Shown here piece by piece: positions 25,601-36,411 of a stretch of 64,000 nt of DNA. Position numbers and translations under genes: made by a program. The notes under the pieces were generated by a model that did no database searches, was not told where the DNA came from, and saw only the letters and a list, made by a program, of their open reading frames with translations. Origin of the DNA: Lepidodermella squamata (taxonomy: Eukaryota; Animalia; Gastrotricha); NCBI GenBank assembly GCA_047495785.1, contig JBLDXI010000066.1, positions 310,001 to 374,000 on the forward strand. Reading direction: 5' to 3'. Positions within the stretch are counted from its first letter, which is position 1. Each line of letters begins with the position of its first letter.

Positions 25601-28600
25601 CTTGAGCTGTTGAATGCTAAAAATAAATCTGGTTTAAGCGCCTTACATTTATGTACGGGATTTTTTGAAAGCGATCGGTATTTTACTAAAACCGATCAGG
25701 CGCGACTCGGAATCACTGATGCGGAAATTGAGGCGGAAAGCTACAACTCGCCTGAGGTGATTAAGGAAGAGCGTGATTTCGGCTTGTTGCAGCTCGGAAT
25801 TCAATACGGCCAGGTTAAAATTGCCGAGTTTTTAATTGAGCTGGGCGCTGATTACAACGCCATGGTTGAGCGGAACGGTTACGCTCCGGTGCATTTGGCG
25901 GCTGGTCGCGGTCATATTGGCGTTTTGAGGGCGATTTTGCGGAAAGATTCGCATCTCGCGACGGAGATAACACACGGCGATGATGAGAGACGGCCGTTGG
26001 ATATCGCGACTGATATCACGAACCCGAATTACAGTGGAGAGGTAACAGCATAACTGTACAGAAATTGGTTTTAGCTGAACTAAATTATTTTATCAAAAAA
26101 GCATGACCTAATTATTTCATTCAACACATTTTGAAATTTAAATTTAAATTTCTTTAGCTGTCCCAAAAATATGAATTCCTTGATATAGACTAAGGACTAA
26201 GGAGAGCCGTCCCAGTTTACGATTCCACCTTTTCCTTTTTCTGATCGGAACAAAATTTAATCGGAAGCATTGAGAATTTCGAATTTTTGAATCGCATTTT
26301 TTAAAATAATATTTTCAGAATTTTCAAGTATCAACTCTATCACCCCCAAAATCATGCATTGACCCGCTATGGAAGAGCCCCAAAGCTGCACAATCTGATT
26401 TCAGTTTCGGGAGGCTTGCTTGAACAATTTGGGTGATGATCCAGCAAAATTGAGCAACTAAATAGCTCTCACTATGATGCGTCTACCTGGAAAATTTCAT
26501 GACGCTACCGTCAAATATCGAATTTCCACACCTTGCTGAAAAATCGGGAAAAGCTAGGTACGAATAGCCATTTTCGCATACATAATTATGTAGGAATCGC
26601 TTGACCCTATAATATATTTCAATTGTCATTTATTGAATTTAATTTTTTCGAAATTTCGAAATTTGCGAGCCTTAATCAGTGATAAAATCAGGTAACCAAT
26701 AACTGTATTTGTTCCAATAGTAGCCCATTCACTAATAATTGCCCATGCCTAATAGTGGCCCAGGGTTGAGGGGTTAAGTCGGTTAGAAAACATCAAAAAT
26801 GAACGATTCACGAGAAATTAATTTTCAAAATTTTCAAAATTTCGAGGTTGAAATTTTAGTGGCCCGGGCTGCCATAGGAACAAATACGGTATAGGGAAAA
26901 TATAACATTTAATTCGAATTAAAGGGATACAATCAATTACCACTGTCGGCCTGCGGCCTTTGACAGTTGACGGGGAACTCCGTGACTTCTTCAAGCACGT
27001 GGCACGACCTTGAACATGCACAACCTAAGACCTAAGTATAACGTTTTCGTGCACATCTTTGACTTGCTGCCCAGCTTTGCGCATAATCATGTAGCGTGTC
27101 ATCCACGCGCGACGACGGCGTAATTCCAGGATGGAATTGAGAATTGATCCTTCATTTGAGAGTCATTCGGTAACCGCCACCTACACCACTTGGCATTAGG
27201 CTCTCTATCTCGCAGCTTATCGAGTTCGTTGTATCGTTGCTCAGGTGGGCTTCAATTCTAGCTACAAATCACGAATGTGCTAGTATTTGAACATTTACGT
27301 GTTACGTCACATTACGGTAAAAATAGCGCGAATGCGTAGCGTAATGGTTTTTACGAAAACGTAAGCGGGTCTGAAAATGTGCTATTACCGTTAGTCGCAG
27401 GTCCAAAGTTGCCACGTCGCACATGCAAAAATAGTATGGGCGGTTCCCGTCTGCGCTACTCATTTTGCCCGACCCAGAGTAAACTTGAGTTTGCGAAACA
27501 CGCAGCATGAATAATGTGTATGCACCATGTAATAGGCGAGCAGATCACGTCGCGAAAACGGTCTCGCGAGTCAGCATGTCAGCCCATGTTGTCGTCGATG
27601 TCGTGCGCACAACTGCACTTGGCATTGACTGGCATCCCGGCAGACAGCACATTTTTTACTGGCACGCCCTAATCCTCCTGTGAATGGGATTCATTTTTTA
27701 CCCCCCCCCCCCCCCCTACTGTTTTTTTGCCGTCGGACCGACGTCACACGACAACGCATTTTTTACTGCTACGCACACATCCTCCTGAAACAAGGACTCA
27801 TTTTTTGACAACACTAACACACGCCCACGCTGGTATGGTACCTTCCCGAAGGGATTGCCAGTGTTTTACGGGTGGTTTTTTTACAGACACACCTCTATCC
27901 TCCTCGCCATAGGCGATGGAGGCAATCCATTTTGTATTGCCTCCTCATATCCTCCTTGACGAACGACGAACGACGAACGAACGACGAACGAACGACGAAC
28001 GAACGAAGGCGACCCGTGACAACGGGGAGTTCCCCGTCACAGAATCTTAGGATTTCAAAGTAGTGTATCATTCATTGAAAATAGGGTCTCACTTTTAGCG
28101 GAACCTAATTCGTGTACTTCCAATTGACCTATAAAACCACTTTTCCAAACGTCCAAAGAACGTCATGATAAATAAATTCAGCGTAAAATTCTGTATGAGT
28201 CGCATTCTTCACTAGAGATTCCCTACCTTGCTCTAATTTTGTAGACATATTCGAAGGGACCTTTTGCTAATCTAAAATTAGGTTCCGTAACATGCGGTTT
28301 TGGTTCCGCTAAAAGGTATTCTGTTGAAAATATCATGAAAATCCTCGATATAGTCATTGAGTTGTAGTAAAAATCCCAGTCAATAATTCTTAAAATGTTA
28401 ATTTTTTTAGGAAAATCTTACGGTGGTACCAAATTTCGTTTAATTCAATACCTAACCATTTAATTCGGTTATTTAACTGGTTAGCTTAGATTATGGTTAG
28501 CTTAGGGTTAGAGGCTGGGACTTGAAATTGGGGATTTGGAACTTATTGGGATAATTTGGTACTGAATTCGCTATATCCCCAATTTGTATTTTAATATTTT

Positions 28601-29090
28601 TTGCTATTCAAATGTTTATGCTCACTACCTTTAGGTTGTTCGATGCTTGGTCGGTGAGTACCAAGCTCCTCTGCGCCTCGCTCGTTCAAGTGGCGGCGAG
28701 GGTACCCTGCTCGACGTTGCTCATCACGGCGATGCCGAAACCCTGCGATATCTTATCGACGAGCAAATGGCCGATGTTACCGACTACGACCCAGTCTCTG
28801 GTACTAGCCTAATCCACACGGCTATCAACTCTCAAAACTTCGAAACTGTTAAAGTTGCCGTTGAACGAGCTGCTAGGATCATCAACAGGGTGAGTGAAGA
28901 CGGCTCCCCGCTACGGCTAGCAATCGAGAAAAACGCGCCGATGGAGATCATCAAGCTGCTGCTCGACAACGGAGCTAAATTCGATGAAGGTTTTCCGGAT
29001 AATGACGGAGACGAGATTATTCTGGGCGGTTCTGATACCTCTGACAACATGAGCGTTGATTCTATTTCCCTTTTTCCATTTATTGAGTGA
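22634..29090 (+). CDS. TRIM-like RING-HC / B-box-like / coiled-coil / ankyrin-repeat protein, copy B1 (about 847 aa); exons 22634..22687, 22745..23173, 24005..24364, 24496..25000, 25302..26041, 28635..29090
   Basis: C3HC4 RING CPVC..CGHTLCLDC..CPIC; B-box-like CPH-x10-CEHC-x4-CDTC-x3-H; helical E/K/L-rich exon; ankyrin motifs (AIHRAAAYGRIDVVKYLI, APVHLAAGRGHIGVLRAIL, SPLRLAIEKN..EIIKLLLDNGA). All introns are GT-AG with compatible phases, and exons 1-5 have the same lengths as in copy B2. Confidence 0.88.
23370..23703. mobile_element. Tc1/mariner-type MITE (334 bp) in intron
   Basis: TA|CAGCGTGTCCCAGAAATTGCGCAAG ... CTTGCGTTACTTATGGGACACGCTG|TA; TA target-site duplication; absent from the matching intron of copy B2. 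Confidence 0.8.
26703..26889. mobile_element. Small MITE-like element, related copy at about 38550..38700
   Basis: Imperfect TIR CTGTATTTGTTCCAATAGTAGCCC / GGGCTGCCATAGGAACAAATACGG. Internal GCCCAGGGTTGAG(G/A)GGT(T/C)AAGTCGGTT is shared with 38561. Confidence 0.6.
27958..28007. repeat. (GAAC/GAC)n microsatellite followed by a small stem-loop (28016..28040)
   Basis: GACGAACGACGAACGACGAACGAACGACGAAC...; then GTGACAACGGGGAGTTCCCCGTCAC. Confidence 0.8.
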
Positions 29091-29606
29091 AATTCAAATA
29101 AAGTTACCCTGTTCGGCTCTAATCAATGTGAGACGTTGTTTTGATTAAATTGATAGCAGTAATACCACATTTTGAATTCGGAAAAATTTAGATTGCAGCA
29201 TAGGTGTTGAGTATTGTTAAATTTCTTGCTGAAAAATCGGCGATGAGGGGTGACACTTCCGGCCAAAAGTTTCCCCACACCAACGCAGAATATTGATTTG
29301 TTCGTCACGCACGAAAATATTTCGTGGTTGCCCTTGAGTTCGACCGTATTGTCGAAGTCAGTTCTTCAGCCTTCGATTTTGCGTATGTATTATTTTAATT
29401 TATGAACAACATTGCACAAACAAATCAAAAGGACTGATCTGATATCTGATGGAGATTAAATTTCATGCACTACCGAGGCTCGATATTTACCAGCACAGGA
29501 AATTAAATCACAACGCGCCGGAGTGGTTGGAGATGAACAATTTTTGATTTAGATTGTTAGCTATGTATGATTGTCATTTCTCCGACTCAAGTTCACGATA
29601 TTAGAC

Positions 29607-32600
29607 ATGCATTGTTCTCTTATTCTGGTGATAAGCTGTTTGGTTGCGTGTAATACTGGCTTGGATGTTTCCAAGCTTGAACTGCCACGCTTGGACCAAC
29701 TCATCGCGTTCTGGCCGATGGACGGATATTCTGGTCTTACTGGATTCACAAGAACAAACGAAGAGATTCAACCCCTGCAGAACAATAGCACGGCTGAATT
29801 TGATGGTAATGAAGTCGTAAATACCGGATACTATGGCGCGACTAGCGGAACAGAAATCGCGAGTTATTTGGTTCCCGAAATTCCGAGATCGTTCACGGTT
29901 TCGGTGCATACCTCTGAAAGGTTTGGCACGATAGAATTTGAGGGCTTATTAAAGATGTTTGATGCTGGTATTTCGTTGAGAACTGGGGCTAACAGTTGGT
30001 TTCGTGCCGGAAATGATTCTTACGATTCTACGGTATTCACAGATGGCTGGTTGGTGGCTTTCACTTATCGCCAGCTGTCTAACGAGGCTGTTTTCTATCG
30101 AATGAGGACAAACGATCAGAGGCTATATAGTGACATACATATAGTGCCTCATAAACTCTACGTCAATGACTCTAGCCGAGAATTTGCCATCGGGAAACTA
30201 GAATCTCGCAGTTCTCTCATACAACGTGTTTCTTGTGTCACCTTGTACAAGGCAGCCTTAACCGAACACGAGGTGAAAACTCTGTTTCTCAAGCCTTGCC
30301 TAAACGCCGCGAAGGCAAGGATGGGCAACATCGATCGAATCGATATGACAAGCATTCCTCGACGAGAGAATCTCATCGGATTTTGGCCGCTGTCTTATGA
30401 TTCGAAGATGATCGGCTGGGACGGGGCCGGTAACCCCATCTTACCTCGCCAGCCGAGCTCGTTTTATGGTTTAGACCAGATAGAATTCGAAGGGCCCTAT
30501 GGGCAGGGTAGCGTCAGTACACGGAGTCCAAGCAGCGGGGTGCTTGCCTACGACTTCCTGCCGAGGCCGCGTTCCGGCTACACCCTTTCATTCTATATAA
30601 AAGCATCATGCGGCGACGAAGATGTAGGAATCGTTACACTCATTGGTTTCCTCACAGTTTATTGTCGCGATGAACCAGATATACCGGGACATAAGTGAGG
30701 ACCTATTTAGACGAAAGAGTTGCAAGGCGGTAGAATTAATTAAAGGGAGGGCCGAATGTATGGAGAGGCTGCTCATATGAAAAACTGGTGACTTCATCGC
30801 ACGACTACGTAATCCCTCTTAACATACAGCTTACCTGGAATTTCACTGATTTGGGAACACATTTGGAATTCTTAAGTAAAACGGTCGCGAGCTGAAACGC
30901 AGTTCACGCATGTTTTTCGAATGAAATTTGTTTAAAAAACAATGTAGAATTTTCGAAAATATTTTGTTTACATTACCGTATTCCCGTGCAAAGTGTGGCA
31001 CTGTCGTTATACAAGAAGGGAGCTGGCATGCAACTATACCCCGGCGAAAAATTACATGACAATGGCATGGGGCAAATAGAGACAATTTTAATTCTTCAAA
31101 TAAGATTATTAACACTTTAATAGCACTCATTATTTACCTTGCGATGCGTATCCTATGAGATTATGGTGTCATTTTGAAGCTAATTGGAGACTCCATAGAT
31201 CATAGATAATAATAAAGATCGGAAGCTTACGATCCTGCCATAGTGTCAACATTTTAAGGTGCAAAGGTCACCATATGCAAAGCCACATTTTTGTGCGTTT
31301 TATTTGAGCCATGTGCGCATAGCTAAATGCATGTAAAATCTATACAGTAGTTTTGCGTTAAGCCGGACGATCATAAGCCGGACTTGCGCTTAGCCGGACC
31401 ATTTTGCTTGGCTCGTGCCGCGGACGCGGCGTTTTACATGCAAATGGTTGCAATAAGCCGGACTGTCATAAGCCGGACTTGCGTTATAACGGACTGATTT
31501 TTAGTGAATTTAACTCAAAAAAGTCCGGCTTACAGGATAATTTTCATCTAGAGCGCAGAAACACCCTCTTTACGCTGTTTTTGAGTGGCTTTGATAGCAA
31601 AAATGATCGCAGTATTGAAAAATAATTTGTCGATATATGGCCTTGATTCCATCGCGATAATCGAACTTTTTCACACCTAAATAGCTCATTACTTAATAGC
31701 GCTCATATTTTTGAATAATTTGCAAAGAAATGCACTGTTTTTTTTTTACAAACCGGACCAGTCCGGCTTACGATAAAGCGGACTTTCATTAAGCCGGACT
31801 AAATCATCTGGCGCGGATCGAGTCCGGCTTAACGCAAAACTACTGTATATATAGAACCAAAACCGACTAGGTAGTAATTAATCATAATTAATGAAATACA
31901 CCATTTTAACCTGGTTTCGCTTATTATACCAGTCCCTTTCGGTTAGTGGCACTGCCATATTTAATGAGCGATTTCGTTGGTCAATTTTTGATGTTCCAGC
32001 TTTTATATCGGCTGCCAAAGTTTGCAAGGGAATACGGTAGCAATGGGTTTTCTTCGTTTGGGCAATAACGCACGCGGACGGTCGCGGCGTGGTCCCATTT
32101 TCATAGAAAAACATAATATGGAGACCATAATTAAAGGAGAGGCCTTGAATTTAAAAGAGGGGGTTTCGGGCAAATAGTGGTATTTTATATTCCGGTATAT
32201 ACGGTATTTTATGTCAGGGCACTCTATTATAGCCCAATAGCAGATGAGCTGTCAATGACTAATTTTCGACTGAAATACAAAGATTCTATTCGGCTTGGAA
32301 AAGTTGGAACTTGGCTATTTATCGCCATTACCTGGAGAGAAGGTGCTCGCAAAATATACACACAAGCGGTTCATTACGACGTTGGTCTGACATCAATAGG
32401 TAAACTGATTGAAATCGCTACATAAAATGTCCAGTTTCGTCAGCCGCAACTAGAGCAGTTGCGGCTGAAGGCTGGACATTTTTAGATTAATCTATAAGGC
32501 TAGTTGAATCCGGTTCAATAGGCTGTAAAGCAATTCATTAGGCTCGTATAGGAAGGAGTTTTAAATTCGGCTACTACGGATGGCGATTTCCACAAGAATA

Positions 32601-34403
32601 CGTTTTGATTTTCTACTCTTGAATACTACAAGCAGCCCTCAATCTAATGATCCCCTACATCGGATGGAGGCAATTTTCAACAGGGATCAACTCATTTTTT
32701 TTAAAATTTCAAAAATGTACTGGACGAGCCAAACACGGCAGACGAATGGCATTTTTGCCCAAAATAACAATTTATAGCGCTTTTCGTCGAATTTCAGAAA
32801 ATTATCCATTAGTGAACATAGGATGTGCTTAGTATCGATAGTATCGATAGAGGGCCGCTTCTAGTAATCTGATGAGCAGAAAATCAAAACTTTTGAGATG
32901 GTTGGCCATAGCTAAGAAATAACAGGTGTGATTCCTCTTTTGAACGAATGCTGTCTCGATTGCATGGAGGAATGCTTGGCGTTCAGCAATTATTTCCCGC
33001 GGATGGTCGCTAACGTCTCACTGGACTATCTTTCAATGGAAATAGGCATCGGCTATGAGAACGATACATGGCTACAGACTGGAGGAGACAGAGCCGAACA
33101 ATTCGCTTGTTTCTACTTCTACAATGACGCTTTGGACCACGAAGAAATCTGTAATCTCAGCAACGCTTGCGGTCGACTTGTCTCGATGGAAACTACGTAT
33201 TTGAGTGGAAACTCGATCGCAGAGCAAATGGTTCCGTTCTTTGAGAGCCAGAAATACGAATATATCGACTACATGTCTTCGATACAGCGAAATTGTGGCG
33301 ATTTCAACGCTTCAATAAAAGCTCCCCGAAACTTTGAGAACCCACCAAATGCCCCCCTAAGAATTCAAGTAGGCTTTCAAATCACTGGCCTGAACGAAAT
33401 TGACACGGTGAATGAGATCATATCAGTGAAGGCGCTAATGGTGCTCCATTGGGAAGTAGACACGTGCCCATGGCGGTCATCACCCTCCCTGCCGACTGGT
33501 ACGAACTTCGAGCCCGTCTACATTGACAATCTAAACAACTTATGGCTACCAAAGATCCGTTTTTTATCCGCAGCCAATTCAAACCTTCAGATGCGAAACA
33601 TGATGATCAATGACGACTATTTGATGATGATGTCTTCAAAGGTGCCTGCAAGCAATCGAATTTTTTACTTTTACTGGCAAAAGGAAGGTCTGTTCGATGC
33701 GAACTGCGAACTCTCGCTGCAATTGTTCCCATTCGATACACAAACTTGCAGCTTCGAATTCTCCTTCGAGCAAGGAGACAAAATTGTTCGAGTTGATGAA
33801 GAAACGCTTCTATTCGATTTCAACCATACCCATGTAGGCGACAGCTGGACCTTAGTCTCAACCGAGAATTCCACAGGCCAAGTTTTTTACAAGGGCTACT
33901 ACGTTTCCACTTTCAAATTCACGGTTAAACTCGCTAGGAATCCTCGGTACTACATCAAGAACTTTGCAATCCCTTCCTCGACCCTAGCCTCCCTGAATTT
34001 GTTTCTGTTTCTAATGCCACCCGATTTACCAGATCGGGCTGCTTTCTCTCTCACTGTTCTTTTGACGATGACCGTCATGCAGGGTGCAATTTTGAATGAA
34101 GTTCCGAGAAAATCTTATGACACCCTTCTCGGCAAGCTGGTTCAGAGCCTGACTTGGTTTTGTATCGCATCCGCTATATACAGCCTGCTTATTTTATGGT
34201 TGGCGGCTTCTTATTTTGATCCCAACGTTCCATCGCGACCTCAAAAGCGATTTTTCAATGGGAGATTTGGTTTGATTCGTGTTATTGACTGTTACTTTTT
34301 CTTTGGCGGCGTTTCAGTATTTGTTTTTGTTCACGTTTATATTATCCAAGATGCAAATTTGAGCTACGATTCTGTTGTGAGATCTTTCAATGTAGTAGCC
34401 TAG
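29607..34403 (+). CDS. LamG-like x2 / Cys-loop channel fusion, paralog 6 (about 915 aa), three exons: 29607..30694, 32218..32399, about 32926..34403
   Basis: Extra phase-2 intron AA|gtgagg..atgtcag|G (30695..32217) restores ...PGHK-ALYYSPIAD..SMTNF..GTWLFIAIT. Phase-1 donor G|gtaaac at 32400. The only in-phase AG seen in the open frame is aacag at 32925, so the last acceptor is less certain. Spliced length 2748 nt. Confidence 0.82.
31345..31845. mobile_element. pogo/Tigger-like MITE (501 bp) in intron
   Basis: Perfect 24-bp TIR CAGTAGTTTTGCGTTAAGCCGGAC, TA on both sides, many internal TAAGCCGGAC(T) repeats. Confidence 0.9.
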
Positions 34404-34589
34404 TACGGAAAATGTTGAAATACTGCCCGGGCTTCTGGATTTTCAATTTCCAAAAACGATGAAAAACTATTCGAGACTCTCTTCGTGTGATTTCAACTAA
34501 ACTAAACTCAACTAGTTCGAACTAACCTCAATTCGAACTCAACTAAACTTGTTGGCTGAATTTTCTGAAGCAATGCCGATATTCAGCAA

Positions 34590-35521
34590 AACGGTGCCGA
34601 TATGGGGGACTGAGACAAGGCTGCCCATTGTCGCCCCTGTTATTAATAGCAGTAGGTATTTAATGTAGTTTGCAAGCGAGTTGAATTAGAAAAAACAGGT
34701 ATCCCCCTAACTGACGATGAGTGGCTAATGTTACTAGCATTCGCGGACGATACTGCTTTATTATGCGGACACTTGCGCTTGAAAATTAATGTTCCAAAAA
34801 CCAAATTCATGAGAGTTAATAAAAATGACTGCAATTTACATGTACCTTTCTCCATCTACGGGCAGTACATTGAAGAAGTTGATGAATTCGTATATTTGGG
34901 AAGTGTTATCACGTCCGACGGCAGGTGTAAAGCTGATGTAAGGACTCGTTTAGAAAAAGGCAACAAAGCGTTTGCGATCTGTCCCGACTAAAGAAAAAAT
35001 GAAATGTTTAAAGGGCGTTGTGGATGCAACTATCATGCATGGCAGCGAAAGTTGGACGTTAACTTCTGAGGATGCGAGGCGACTCGACGTAGGTTATATG
35101 CGTTATTTGCGTAAAATATGCGGCGTAACACTTAGGGACAGGATTCGCAATGAGGTCATTAGAAATATGTGTGGTTCAGAACAATTTACATTCAAAATTG
35201 CTAGGCGGCAACTTCGCTGGTACGGGCACGTCGCTCGCATGGACCCCGGAAGGCTGGCAAGCCAGATGCGGTACTGGCAGCCGCCAGATGATACTTGGAG
35301 TAGACCTCGAGGGCGACCAAAATTAAGGTGGATTGATTGCATCAAAAAACATCTGAACAAAATAGGGATTACTAATTTTGAGGAGGCCGACGCCCTGGCC
35401 CAGGATAGAACTACTTGGAGACAAAAAATTTATAGTTATTTTGGTGGAATTGAAATATCAGATTAAGGGTGAGTTTTTTGAGGTTGACGATCAGGATAGG
35501 TAGCTAAGCTAAGCTAAGCTA
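34590..35521 (+). mobile_element. 5'-truncated, degenerate non-LTR retrotransposon (RTE-like reverse transcriptase 3' part)
   Basis: GLRQGCPLSPLL, LAFADDTALL, LKINVPKTKFM, EEVDEFVYLGS, HGSESWTLT, RQLRWYGHVARM and RPRGRPKLRW across frameshifts and deletions; (AGCTA)n 3' tail at 35502..35521. Confidence 0.9.
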
Positions 35522-36411
35522 TTCAGTGTGGAATAAGGTGGTGGGTATGGTGGGTACTGTACCCTGCAGTTGACCTTTTGCAGCTTGTACCCACCGGGTA
35601 TGACCGCGGTACAAGCTAAATTGTTAGGAGCGTCAACCAATGAGGATCAATGTTTACAGTTTACAGCCAACCAAAGCATTTCCCTCACTGACTCCCTTTT
35701 AAACGTAGCTCGCAGCTGATTGGCCGACTATACCAACTTCATAGAGTGTGGCAGCGCACTAATGCCACAAAATATACTGCGCGCTCACACCACACACATT
35801 CAAGAATCACAATTTTCTTTCGCCTATTTCTTCCCCATTCCGGAAGATAATCGCGCGCAAATTTGCACACCGCCCTAACTTTTCATGCTGAATCAGAATA
35901 CCTAATTTGTTTTTGAAATTATCCAGAATTCAAAACTTCAAGATTTCCTAGCAGCAGCTATGGGACATTTTTAATATCGAAATTTCTTAATTCCTAACGA
36001 GAATAGAATGTTTCATATTTCTATCTGATATTTCAACAACAATGAATCAGCTTACTTGCAGTAAGGGAAAACAGAAATTTTATCGGTTGAATTTCATTGT
36101 GTTCGAGGTTTTTAGGCGGGAAAAAAGCCTTCTCCCCATTGGTTGATTCAAAAAAAATCAACAGTTCTTCAGCCTTCGATTTTGCGTATGTGGCGTGTGT
36201 ATTATTTCAATTTATGAACACCACTGCACAAACAAATCCAAAGGACTGATCTGATGCGGTGACAATTCCATGCACTACCGAGGCTCGATATTTGTCAGCA
36301 CAGGAAATTAAAGCACAACGCGCCGGGGTGGTTGGAGATGTACAATTTTCGCTTTCGATTGTTAGCTATGTAGAATTATCATTTATCCGACTCAAGTTCA
36401 CGATAGTAGAT

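Noticed and set aside
28479-28515. Telomere-like GGTTAG words (also CTAACC-like at about 20380-20420)
   Set aside because: Too short and degenerate to call an interstitial telomere.
31345-31845. CRISPR-like array of TAAGCCGGAC repeats
   Set aside because: Repeats are short, irregularly spaced, in both orientations and inside a TA-flanked TIR element in a eukaryotic intron.
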